Assembly: GCA_964542475.1 (NCBI GenBank)
Contig: CAZIUL010000007.1
Coordinates: 34,067 to 98,066, forward strand
DNA from: an uncultured Phycisphaerales bacterium
GTDB taxonomy: Bacteria; Planctomycetota; B15-G4; CAYZWU01
Reading direction: 5' to 3'
Length of the DNA: 64,000 nucleotides
Shown: positions 9,291 through 18,382 of the stretch, piece by piece
Layout: each line of letters opens with the position of its first letter
How positions within the stretch are numbered: position 1 is the first letter of the stretch
The notes under the pieces: model-generated
What the model saw: the letters and a program-made list of their open reading frames with translations, nothing else
The model's database searches: none
What the model was told of the DNA's origin: nothing
Made by a program: the position numbers and the translations under genes

Positions 9291-11177
9291 ATGTGTGTTT
9301 TCAAAAAGCTCTTTTTGCTTGTTCTGTACATTCCCCTTCTGCCGCTTCCGTCAGCTACAGCTCAACCGATCACTATCAATGAACCCATTTTAATTGTTGT
9401 TGGAAACGTACCACCGCCGCCCAAGCAGCCGCAAAAGGCCAAATCACCGACGTCAAACGTACCGACCATCATTCCATACAACTCGCGGTTCGCAACGCAC
9501 AAAAGCGTTGCTCCCAACCTGTCAATACCCGGCATCACTCCCGGTGTGTTGCCAAACAATGGAAATACCGCTTCCGGTACAGCCGCGTCCGGTCCGAGGG
9601 GAGGCGCAGCCTTTTCCAGGCCGTCCTGGAACGCCCCTGCCCTGATGATGTTCTGGGAAGAATGGTGGCTTCGCAATCAGTTCCAGTATCTTGAACTCCC
9701 ATCCGAAAGCTCGGGTTTCTTTCTGGCAGGCACAGCTCCGGTGTTCACGAGAAGGAAACCTCCTCTGGACGCTGATAAGCTTCGATCCAGGAGCATCGAT
9801 GCATTCCAGCCGTTTCTCGAGGACAGGTCTGCAAGGCTCAGGGAGGCAGCCCTGCTGAGTCTTGGAGTTCTCAACGATGAAGGTTCGCTGCCGGATATCA
9901 TTGCAGCGCTCAACGACGAAAACCTTGCGGTCCGACTTTCAGCAGCAGTCGGACTCGGGCTCATTGAAAGCACGCAAGCGAAACACACGCTCCTGAACCT
10001 GATCAAAAACAATGACATTGGAGCCGGCTTGATGGAGAACAACGCAATGGCGGACAACATACGCTCCATCGCCGGGATCATGCTTGCCATGAGCAACCCG
10101 GACACGGCACGACCTGTTCTCTCTAAAAACGCGAACAACGCCTCTTTGTCGATTCAAAACCAGGCAATGGCTCTCCTTGGACTCGGAATGACCGGAAAAG
10201 AAAGCGTTCAACCGCTCGGGGAGATCAGCAGGGACAAAAAGCGCGAGTTCCCTCTCACCAGCACAACAATATGCTCGTTGGGTGTCACCTTCGAGCCGAG
10301 CGCGGTCCCATGGATCCTGGAAGCCTTGAACTCGAATTACGCGGCTGTCCAGCAATCTGCCGCCCTTGCCCTTGGAGGCTGTTCGCCAAAGGTGCACAAC
10401 GATTCCATCAATCACCTTTTTCACTGCTACAAAAACACCAGGGACCGGATGTTAAGAGGGTTTACCCTGGTTTCCATCGGCCGTATAGGGGGAGCTTCAG
10501 CCATGCAACGGCTGAAATCAGCGGCGATGAACGGTTCATCCCTGGAAATGCCCTGGGTCTGTCTCGGCATCGGCATCGCAACACGCGACAGCGGTTCTAG
10601 ATGGGCGGAGGAGTTTTTGTTATACGAACTCGAAAAAAACTCCAACCTCTCCATCAAGAAAGCTGCGGCTGTGGCGCTTGGGCTCTCGGGATGCCAGGGC
10701 GCCGAAGACGAGCTCATCCGCATGCTGAAGGAAGGAGACGATCCATACCTGCGCGGATACTGCGCGCTGGCTCTTGGAATGATCAAATCTCAGAAGGCTC
10801 TTCCGGTTCTGCGCGAACACCTTCTGAAGGAAAACACCCCGCAGATCAGCACTCAAGCGGCAGTTGCCCTCAGCCTGATGAACGACAAAACTTCCATACC
10901 AAAGCTCATAAAACTCTTTCTGACAACTAAAAACGAAACGACCAAGAGAATGACATCGATATGCCTTGTTTATCTTGGTGACTTGTACGTGGCAAACCAG
11001 CTTCTTGAGCATCTGGTCCAAAACGAAACAGACGAGATGACCTCCGCATACTGCATGGAGCTTATTTCGAAGGTGATCACGGGATACAAGGTCTCTCGCC
11101 TCAAGCGGATTGCCGCACAGTCGAACTATGCCTGCGAGTTCCCTCTCATGTGGTATCTTTTTGATTTCGATGTCTAG
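9291..11177 (+). CDS. HEAT-repeat protein with N-terminal signal and Pro-rich linker
   Basis: Repeated helical units (REAALLSLG, LSAAVGLG, SAALALG, AAAVALG, YCALALG, QAAVALS); hydrophobic N-terminus. Confidence 0.85.
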   Translation: MCVFKKLFLLVLYIPLLPLPSATAQPITINEPILIVVGNVPPPPKQPQKAKSPTSNVPTIIPYNSRFATHKSVAPNLSIPGITPGVLPNNGNTASGTAASGPRGGAAFSRPSWNAPALMMFWEEWWLRNQFQYLELPSESSGFFLAGTAPVFTRRKPPLDADKLRSRSIDAFQPFLEDRSARLREAALLSLGVLNDEGSLPDIIAALNDENLAVRLSAAVGLGLIESTQAKHTLLNLIKNNDIGAGLMENNAMADNIRSIAGIMLAMSNPDTARPVLSKNANNASLSIQNQAMALLGLGMTGKESVQPLGEISRDKKREFPLTSTTICSLGVTFEPSAVPWILEALNSNYAAVQQSAALALGGCSPKVHNDSINHLFHCYKNTRDRMLRGFTLVSIGRIGGASAMQRLKSAAMNGSSLEMPWVCLGIGIATRDSGSRWAEEFLLYELEKNSNLSIKKAAAVALGLSGCQGAEDELIRMLKEGDDPYLRGYCALALGMIKSQKALPVLREHLLKENTPQISTQAAVALSLMNDKTSIPKLIKLFLTTKNETTKRMTSICLVYLGDLYVANQLLEHLVQNETDEMTSAYCMELISKVITGYKVSRLKRIAAQSNYACEFPLMWYLFDFDV

Positions 11178-11250
11178 CCCGCATATTTCATCCTCTTCTG
11201 CTGCGGTGCCGTAACCTGTGCAGACCAGGCGCCCCAACGGGAAACTCACC

Positions 11251-11607
11251 ATGGAGATACCGGTCTTGTGGCTCCGATCGTTCTTGCTGACGATACTGCT
11301 GGAGCTGCCGGTGTTCGCCCTGATCACAAGAAAAGTCGTCCCCTTTCGAAAGTCGGCCGCAGCGGGCGCTGCCGGAACCTGCATCACTCATCCGTTGCTC
11401 TGGTTTGTCTGGCCGCTCGTTGTGTTCGACAACTACACGGTCTACCTGTTAACCGGCGAAGCGCTCGTTGTGGTCATAGAAAGCTTCACCTACCATGCTC
11501 TCGCACGCCCGGTGTCCCGGCGGAGGGCATTTTCAGCATCGCTCTGTGCAAACGCTCTCAGCGCCTCTTTGGGTCTGTGCGTGCTGTGGTTCGAAGGGCT
11601 GCTGTGA
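11251..11607 (+). CDS. Small integral membrane protein, function unknown
   Basis: About four hydrophobic segments (LLTILLELPV, ITHPLLW, LVVVIESF, NALSASLG). Start placed at MEIPVLW. Confidence 0.65.
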   Translation: MEIPVLWLRSFLLTILLELPVFALITRKVVPFRKSAAAGAAGTCITHPLLWFVWPLVVFDNYTVYLLTGEALVVVIESFTYHALARPVSRRRAFSASLCANALSASLGLCVLWFEGLL

Positions 11608-11643
11608 GCCGGTATCCGCTACAGCCAACACCCTCCACCGCCC

Positions 11644-12894
11644 TCACCTGTCAAAGCAGGGAACGTCCAGCTGCACGCCGCCTTTCATGGCTGACTGGTG
11701 TGCCACAATGCCTGGCGCTGTCATGGCAATGGACTCGTAGATGTCAACCGCCGGCTCGCGCATTTCAGCAACCGACTCGATGAACTCAGCCGCCAGAAAG
11801 GCGGCACTCCCGCCGTGGCCGCTCGGGTGCCGCATCGGCTTGGGAAGCCTGTCGGTCTTCCAGTACTCGGGTACCTCCCAGGCCGTGTAACCGCCTTCCA
11901 GCCTCATCATGCCCTGCGGCTGTCCCCCCGAACCCGCCATGTAGCACGACATCTTCTCGCCAAGCCACTGGCCGCGCTCGCCGTGTGCGGCCACCTGCCA
12001 GAACACGCTGAACCGGCAGATGTTCCCCTTGTTCGTGACGCCGATTGCCATCTCGTTGTCGAAGGGGTTCCCGTAAACGTTTTCCCCGGGTTCAGGAAAG
12101 CTGCGGCCCACCCTCTGTCCCGTGCAGGAAACCCTGACTATCCTCTCCCCGGTCACGCCGATCAGAAGCCCCAGCGAATGGGTGGGATATAGCATGGGCG
12201 GATACCCGAAGCGCCAGGATTTCTTCCCCTGCCACACGGACAGTGGATGCCCCTTTGCGCAGATACCAGGATGGTAGTATTCCACCTCTGAACAGCAGAG
12301 CCTTCCGAAATCGCCGGCCTCGTACAGTTCGCGCGCCGCCATGCAGGGCTGGCGGTAGTAGCTGGACTCGTGCATCATGTAGATGAGCCCGGTCCGCTCC
12401 ACAAGCCTCTTGAGCATGCCCAGGTCATCAAGGGTCAGCGCCGCGGGGCAGGCACAGGTCACGTGTTTACCCGCCTCCATGCATAGCGCAACGTGCCTGG
12501 CGTGACTCGGCGCGTCAGTGAACACGGCCACGGCATCAAAGGTGCCGTAGGCCTTCTCCAACATCTCTTCGAGGGACGAAAACACCGATTTGCATCCATA
12601 CCGATTCACGAGCGCCTGCCTGCGTTCCTTGACAAGATCGGTGACCGCTGTGACCTCACACATCGGGTGTTCGTGCCAGTGCTGCGCCGCTCCAAAGCCG
12701 CCGCCTACAACGGCAAGCCGCACCTTTTCGCTTCCATTTCCTGTGACGCGCGGGCAACCTTTCCCAGCGGGCTCTGCCCCGTCAGCGCCCTGCTTCGACA
12801 CCAATGCCGCGCCCGTGCCCAGCACAGCAGCCCCTGCCATGCCGAGAAACCTTCTCCGGGTCGGTGTATCCACGCTCTCGCCCTTGTTCTTCAT
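11644..12894 (-). CDS. Tat-exported Gfo/Idh/MocA family oxidoreductase
   Basis: TRRRFLG Tat motif; VRLAVVGGGFG Rossmann loop; YPPMLYPTHS. Confidence 0.9.
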   Translation of the reverse strand: MKNKGESVDTPTRRRFLGMAGAAVLGTGAALVSKQGADGAEPAGKGCPRVTGNGSEKVRLAVVGGGFGAAQHWHEHPMCEVTAVTDLVKERRQALVNRYGCKSVFSSLEEMLEKAYGTFDAVAVFTDAPSHARHVALCMEAGKHVTCACPAALTLDDLGMLKRLVERTGLIYMMHESSYYRQPCMAARELYEAGDFGRLCCSEVEYYHPGICAKGHPLSVWQGKKSWRFGYPPMLYPTHSLGLLIGVTGERIVRVSCTGQRVGRSFPEPGENVYGNPFDNEMAIGVTNKGNICRFSVFWQVAAHGERGQWLGEKMSCYMAGSGGQPQGMMRLEGGYTAWEVPEYWKTDRLPKPMRHPSGHGGSAAFLAAEFIESVAEMREPAVDIYESIAMTAPGIVAHQSAMKGGVQLDVPCFDR

Positions 12895-12930
12895 CGCAAC
12901 AAACTCCTTACATCCGGTTGATGGGAACAG

Positions 12931-14250
12931 TCAAAACGGATCATCCGGAAGGGTTACAACCGACTTTTCGCCCTGATCAAAGGCATCCAATTGAAGAAGC
13001 AGCATGCCTATACCGGCCACGCCCTGCATGTACCCGGTCTGGGCGACCAGGAAGCCGGGCCTTACCCTATGCTCGGCCTGAACCCACTTCAGTCCGTTGT
13101 CATCGCGCATACCGCGTGAAAGCATGTCCTCGGCCGCGCGCCTGGCGAACACAAGGTACTCCTTTGCACCGGTCACCTTGTGGAGGCTTAAAAAGAAGCC
13201 CGCCACACCTGCCGAACCGCAGCACACGCCGGCGTTGTTCCAGAAACCGGGCGGTCTTTTTTCAGGGACACCGCTTTGCATGACAGCCTCAGCCGCCCTG
13301 TGAAGCGCCTCGAGCCAGTGCTTGTCTCCCGTCACTTTCCACAGCATGTAATAAAGCCTGGCGGTTCCAGGCGGACCGTGGCACCAGCCAAGGTAGAAGA
13401 GATTCTCTCCGCCCGGCTCGTGGTGAAAGATCAGGCCGTTCCTGTTCGTGACTTTTTCGAGATACCTCGCACCGGCCAGCGCACCTTCCAAAAACGCATC
13501 TTCCCCGGTTTCTTTGTAAAGCGACACGAGAAAGAAGCAGACCCCGGCAGTGCCGTGTGAAAAGTTGGGCATGAAAAAAGCGCCGCCCCGCTCGATCGGC
13601 CACTTCATGCCTCCATTTTCCGGGATGCCGTCCTCGAGCAGCGAACGGCCGATGCGCGCGGCAGCAGAACCCGCTTCTTCGAGGTCCATGTTCCGGGCGG
13701 CATAGAGCATGAACAGGCCCGCACCAGCGCGGCCGCTGATGATGTCCGTCACCGGGCACCATCCCTTTTGTTCCGATGCATGTGAAATCAGTCGGACGCA
13801 TCTGAGAGCGCCTTCACGGTACCCGGGCCTGCCTGTCGCCTTGAAAACCTCCTCCAGAACGAAACCGATGCCGGCCACGCCGGTGTAAAGACCCGCGCCT
13901 TCAGGAGTGTCGATCGAGCCGGGAAGAGCATCCAGCAGGTAGTCAGCTCCTGCCATGGCCTCGTCCAGAGGGGAGGAGCAGCCGGTGGCCCTGTGAAGCT
14001 CAAGGAAGAAGAGGACAACTCCGGGCACGCCCTTGTACAGATCAATTGCCACGGAATCAGGCTCATCCGGATCAGCGGGCCAGGCTGTTCCACCGCCCGT
14101 CTCAATCGCGCTCGAACGGATCCAGCCGGCAGTCTCCACCGCGCCGGCAAGCCAGGGCCTGCTCTCGTCAACAGGTTCTCTTACACAAAGCGGCATGCAC
14201 GCGGAACATGCTGCCATTGCAACCAGCCACCATAGGGTCATCTCTTTCAT
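12931..14250 (-). CDS. Lanthionine synthetase C-like (LanC-like) protein with putative signal peptide
   Basis: LYKGVPG, LYTGVAG, FSHGTAG, WCHGPPG, VCCGSAG and GYMQGVAG repeats of the LanC barrel. The ORF-track N-extension overlaps the divergent gene, so the start is placed at MKEMTLWW. Confidence 0.85.
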   Translation of the reverse strand: MKEMTLWWLVAMAACSACMPLCVREPVDESRPWLAGAVETAGWIRSSAIETGGGTAWPADPDEPDSVAIDLYKGVPGVVLFFLELHRATGCSSPLDEAMAGADYLLDALPGSIDTPEGAGLYTGVAGIGFVLEEVFKATGRPGYREGALRCVRLISHASEQKGWCPVTDIISGRAGAGLFMLYAARNMDLEEAGSAAARIGRSLLEDGIPENGGMKWPIERGGAFFMPNFSHGTAGVCFFLVSLYKETGEDAFLEGALAGARYLEKVTNRNGLIFHHEPGGENLFYLGWCHGPPGTARLYYMLWKVTGDKHWLEALHRAAEAVMQSGVPEKRPPGFWNNAGVCCGSAGVAGFFLSLHKVTGAKEYLVFARRAAEDMLSRGMRDDNGLKWVQAEHRVRPGFLVAQTGYMQGVAGIGMLLLQLDAFDQGEKSVVTLPDDPF

Positions 14251-14398
14251 CCTGTCCGCTCTCCATGATCCGGGATCACCAAGCTCTCGGTTTCCCCTGC
14301 CTTGGATTATAACCCGAATTTTCTTGAGGCACCCCCAAAAGAAGGATACCTTTTCTGCATCAGTGGCTGCTTTTTTACCGGTGAAAACAGGATAGCGT

Positions 14399-15508
14399 AT
14401 GAAAACGAATGATCTGAAAACACCCGCTTTTGTGATCATACTCGAAAAACTAAAAAGCAACGCGGGCAGGATGATCAAGAGGGCGCAAGAGCGCGGAATA
14501 GGGCTCAGGCCGCATGTGAAAACCCACAAGACCGTTGAGATCGCGCGCATGCAGGTGGGCGACGGCCCTTCCATGATCACGGTCTCCACCCTTGCCGAGG
14601 CGCGGCATTTTGCCGAAGCAGGGTTCGAGGACATAACCTATGCCTTTCCCATCACTCCGAACAAGCTCGAAGAGGCCGCGGAGATCGCGGGCAAGCTCAA
14701 GAGCCTCAACCTCATCGTTGACCACTGGGCTCCCGCGTCAGAGCTCCTTTCCTTCGCCAGAACCCGCGGGATCCGCTTCCCGGTTTTCTTGAAGGTGGAC
14801 CCCGGGCTCAACAGGGCGGGGGTGGACCCGGAAAGCAAGGAAGGCCTGATGCTGGCCCAGCAGCTTCACACTGATGACTCGATCGATTTCAAGGGGATCC
14901 TGACCCACGCGGGGCAGGCTTACATGTGCAAAAACCGCGAAGAGATCGTGAACGCGGCTGAGCAGGAGCGCGAGGTCATGACCACGTTCGCGGACAAGCT
15001 GCAAAAAAACGGCGTGCCGTGCCCCGCCAGAAGCGTTGGCTCCACACCCACCGCGGTTCTTGGCGAGTCGTGGGAGGGCGTGACCGAGATCCGCCCGGGA
15101 AACTACGTCTTTTTCGACAGGCTCCAGGCGGATATCGGCACGTGCAGCCGGGACGAATGGGCAATGTTCGTGCTCGCAACGGTGTCGGGGCATTATCCCT
15201 CGCGAAACGCAATGCTGATCGATGCGGGCGCTCTTGCGCTATCCAAGGATCCGGGCGCTGTTCATGTGCGCAAAGAACCAACATTCGGAGAGGTCGCAGG
15301 GCATCCCCGTCTCGAAATCAAATCACTCTCGCAGGAACACGGCATCATCGAAAGTCGGGATCCGATAAAGTACAACGATTTCCCCATCGGCAGCGAAATC
15401 CGCATCATCCCAAACCACTCGTGCCTCGCAGCAGCGCTTTTTTCCAGGTACCACGTACTCGACGGCGACGAAGTGACAGGTGAGTGGGTTCCCGTGCGCG
15501 GATGGTAG
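14399..15508 (+). CDS. Fold-type III PLP enzyme (D-serine dehydratase / D-threonine aldolase-like, alanine racemase superfamily)
   Basis: LRPHVKTHK (PLP Lys), ILTHAGQAY, VGSTPT, EIRPGNYVFFD, SQEHG and IIPNHSC motifs. Confidence 0.9.
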   Translation: MKTNDLKTPAFVIILEKLKSNAGRMIKRAQERGIGLRPHVKTHKTVEIARMQVGDGPSMITVSTLAEARHFAEAGFEDITYAFPITPNKLEEAAEIAGKLKSLNLIVDHWAPASELLSFARTRGIRFPVFLKVDPGLNRAGVDPESKEGLMLAQQLHTDDSIDFKGILTHAGQAYMCKNREEIVNAAEQEREVMTTFADKLQKNGVPCPARSVGSTPTAVLGESWEGVTEIRPGNYVFFDRLQADIGTCSRDEWAMFVLATVSGHYPSRNAMLIDAGALALSKDPGAVHVRKEPTFGEVAGHPRLEIKSLSQEHGIIESRDPIKYNDFPIGSEIRIIPNHSCLAAALFSRYHVLDGDEVTGEWVPVRGW

Positions 15509-15528
15509 GAGAGGCCGGATCCCTCCTA
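15505..15528 (+). repeat. GTAG-footed imperfect palindrome (REP-like or terminator)
   Basis: GTAGGAGAGGCCGGATCCCTCCTA, overlapping the TAG stop of the upstream gene. Confidence 0.4.
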
Positions 15529-15596
15529 AATCATTAACAATTGACAATTAACAATTAGCAGGGTAAAAAAAAGCCGGGTTACATAAGGACAAGCAG

Positions 15597-16955
15597 GTGA
15601 AACAGCTCAAGATAGCAAGCTCCTCGGTTCGCGGCGTGACAGGCATCGGTTTGACGCCGGAGCTCGTTACGGACTTCGCGTGCGCCTTCGGAACTTGGGT
15701 GGAAGGATGCGATGTTGTGCTTGCAAGGGACACCAGGCGGTCGTCGCCAATGTTCGAGGCAGCCGCGCTTTCGGGACTGATCTCTACCGGATGCGATGTA
15801 AAGAACGCGGGCGTGTGCCCGACCCCGGTCGCGCAGCACCTGGTAAGGCGGTTCGAAACCGACGGCGCCATAGTGGTGACCGGCAGCCACAACAGCTCGG
15901 AGTGGAACGCGCTTAAATTCGTCAACAGAGACGGCGCGCTTCTGAACCGCATCCAGGGAGAGGAGGTTCTCGACCTGTATCACCTCGGCGAGTTCACCAA
16001 GGCTTCGTGGGATCGCCTCGGAAAAGAGATCCCGACCAGCGACTACGCGGCCCAATACTTCGATGAAACCGTGGACAAGGTGGACACTGCAGCAATCCGG
16101 GAAGCCGGCTTTCGCGTGGTGGTCGACCTTGCGAACGGCACAGCGGGCACGATCATCCATGACTTCCTGTCGCTTCTCGGGTGCAAGCCGGTCCTGATCA
16201 ACGAAGAGAGGGAAGGCAACTTCGCCCACTACCCTGGTCCGACAATAAGAAACATGGCGCAGCTCGCCTCCCTGCTGAAACACATAAAAGCGGATGTGGG
16301 GTTCGCGATCAACACCGACGCGGATGCGGTGGGCGTGGTCACGGAAAAAGGCGAGGCCCTGTCAGAGGAATGCACGTTCCCCTTGATTGCCGACCACCTC
16401 TTGACCAAAAAGAAGGCTTTGGTGGTCACCAACCTCTCGACCTCCATGATGATCGACAATATCGTTGAAAAACACGGCGGGAGCCTGATACGCACCAAGA
16501 TCGGCGAGGGCAACGTGATCTTCAGGGCCATCAACGAAAACGCGTACCTGGCGGGCGAGGGAAGCGGCGGTGTTGCATGCCTTCCCGTGGCATGCGCTTT
16601 CGACGCCTTCATGTCCATGGCGTTCATACTCGAGGCCATGGCAAAGCGCGGGAAGAAGCCTTCCGAGCTTCGCGCCGGGCTCCCTTCGTTCACCATGCTG
16701 AAAGGGGAAATAGCCGCATCCTCCAGCCGGGTCTACCACGCCCTGGAAGAGACACGCACGCTCTTTCGGAACGAGAACGTAGACCTCAAGGACGGGGTGC
16801 GAGTTCAATGGCCGAACCTGTGGCTCCACGTGAGGTCATCCAACACAGAACCTGTGCTGCGCGTGTTCGTGGAAGGAGAGGACGAGGACAAGGCGAAGCG
16901 CCTCTTTTACGACATGGTCCAGCGCTTGACCGTTGTTGTCGATGGAAAATCATGA
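15597..16955 (+). CDS. Alpha-D-phosphohexomutase paralog 1 (PMM/PGM/GlmM family), atypical metal loop
   Basis: SSVRG, RDTR, VTGSHN (phospho-Ser), GEGSGG and RSSNTEP motifs. The metal loop reads NTDADA instead of DxDxDR. Confidence 0.9.
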   Translation: MKQLKIASSSVRGVTGIGLTPELVTDFACAFGTWVEGCDVVLARDTRRSSPMFEAAALSGLISTGCDVKNAGVCPTPVAQHLVRRFETDGAIVVTGSHNSSEWNALKFVNRDGALLNRIQGEEVLDLYHLGEFTKASWDRLGKEIPTSDYAAQYFDETVDKVDTAAIREAGFRVVVDLANGTAGTIIHDFLSLLGCKPVLINEEREGNFAHYPGPTIRNMAQLASLLKHIKADVGFAINTDADAVGVVTEKGEALSEECTFPLIADHLLTKKKALVVTNLSTSMMIDNIVEKHGGSLIRTKIGEGNVIFRAINENAYLAGEGSGGVACLPVACAFDAFMSMAFILEAMAKRGKKPSELRAGLPSFTMLKGEIAASSSRVYHALEETRTLFRNENVDLKDGVRVQWPNLWLHVRSSNTEPVLRVFVEGEDEDKAKRLFYDMVQRLTVVVDGKS

Positions 16956-18316
16956 GCAAGCTTACTTCACTAAAGATCAGCATATCCGGCGTGCGCGGGA
17001 TCGTCGGGCTGTCGCTCACCCCCCAGCTAGTGGCCTCTTTTTCGGCGGCGTTCGGAAGCTACGCGGGGCGTGGTCCCATCCTTGTCGGGTCGGATACGCG
17101 ACCATCCAGGCACATGGTCACGCGCGCTGTTTTCGCGGGCCTTCTCGGAACGGGTGCCGAGGTCCATGACCTCGGGATCTGCCCGGTGCCGTCTGTTCAG
17201 ATGCACGTGAGGAAAACGGGTGCTTACGGCGGAATCGCGGTCACGGCGAGCCACAACCCCATCGAGTGGAATGCCATGAAGTTCGTCGGGTCGGAAGGGC
17301 TCTTCCTGAACCAGCACAGGGCGGAGGAACTCCTCGACATCTACCACCAGGGCGAGTTCCGCCGCGTTCCGGACCGGGAGATAAGGAGCGTGAAACAGGA
17401 TCCGGGCGCGTTCTCCACACACATGGCTGCTGTTCTCGATTTCGTGGACCGCGACAAGATCGCCTCCGGGAAGTTCCGGGTGGCTGTGGATTGCGTGAAC
17501 GGCGCTGCATCGGAAGCCACCCCGATACTTCTGGAGGAGCTCGGCTGCGAGGTTGTCGCGATCAACACAGCCACGGACAAACCGTTCCCCCACGCGCCAG
17601 AGCCCCTGGCGGAGAACCTGACAGAGCTTGTCTCCCTCGCGAAAGACGAAAAGGCGGACATAGCGTTCGCACAAGATGCAGATGCCGACCGCCTCGCCAT
17701 CGTTTGCCCGCAAAACGGTGCTATCGGTGAAGAGTACACGGTTGCCTTGGCCATGAAACAGGTGCTCAAAAGGCAAAAAGCGCCTGTTGTCGTAAACCTG
17801 TCCACTACCATGCTCGTAGAGGACCTCGCGTCCGAGCATGGGGTCGATGTGTTTCGCACAAAGGTCGGGGAAATCAATGTTGTGGAGGAGATGATAGCGA
17901 AAAACGGCGCCGTGGGAGGCGAAGGAAACGGTGGTGTCATCATCCCTGCGATCCACCCGTGCAGGGACAGCTTCGGCGGTATGGCGGTTATTCTGCAGCT
18001 CCTTGCGGAAGAAGAAAAGCCGCTGCACGAAATCGTCGGATCCATGCCCCGCTATTCCATAGTGAAGCAAAAGCTCGCCTGCCCGTCCGAATGCGTATTT
18101 GCCGTACTCAAACGGATCGAAAAAATGTTCGGCAAGGAAGCCGACATAGACCACAGCGACGGCATAAGACTCGCGTGGAAGGACAGGTGGGTCCAGGTCC
18201 GCGCATCCAACACCGAGCCGATCGTCCGCGTCATCACCGAGGCACGCGCGGAAAGCGAGGCGGAGGCTTTCGCCGACCGGGTCATGGCCGAGGTGAGGCG
18301 GGTGGTTGGGGAGTAG
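16952..18316 (+). CDS. Alpha-D-phosphohexomutase paralog 2 (PMM/PGM/GlmM family), canonical
   Basis: SGVRG, VTASHNP, DADADR, GEGNGG and RASNTEP motifs. True start ATG at 16952 overlaps the stop of paralog 1 (ATGA). Confidence 0.92.
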   Translation: MSKLTSLKISISGVRGIVGLSLTPQLVASFSAAFGSYAGRGPILVGSDTRPSRHMVTRAVFAGLLGTGAEVHDLGICPVPSVQMHVRKTGAYGGIAVTASHNPIEWNAMKFVGSEGLFLNQHRAEELLDIYHQGEFRRVPDREIRSVKQDPGAFSTHMAAVLDFVDRDKIASGKFRVAVDCVNGAASEATPILLEELGCEVVAINTATDKPFPHAPEPLAENLTELVSLAKDEKADIAFAQDADADRLAIVCPQNGAIGEEYTVALAMKQVLKRQKAPVVVNLSTTMLVEDLASEHGVDVFRTKVGEINVVEEMIAKNGAVGGEGNGGVIIPAIHPCRDSFGGMAVILQLLAEEEKPLHEIVGSMPRYSIVKQKLACPSECVFAVLKRIEKMFGKEADIDHSDGIRLAWKDRWVQVRASNTEPIVRVITEARAESEAEAFADRVMAEVRRVVGE

Positions 18317-18321
18317 TGTTC

Positions 18322-18350
18322 TGGAGGGCGGCAGTCTCTTGCCGCCTCTT
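18322..18350 (+). repeat. Single TGGAG-footed REP-like palindrome (type A)
   Basis: TGGAG-GGCGGCA-GTCTCT-TGCCGCC-TCTT, lying between convergent genes. Confidence 0.85.
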
Positions 18351-18382
18351 GATTGGGTTTTGGATGCGAGCCCGGTTTCGGA

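Noticed and set aside
14251-14634. N-terminal extension of the LanC-like ORF
   Set aside because: It overlaps the divergent PLP enzyme gene antisense and has no domain character.
16577-16951. N-terminal extension of phosphomutase paralog 2
   Set aside because: It is an off-frame overlap with paralog 1. The family start MSKLTSLKISISGVRG is at 16952.
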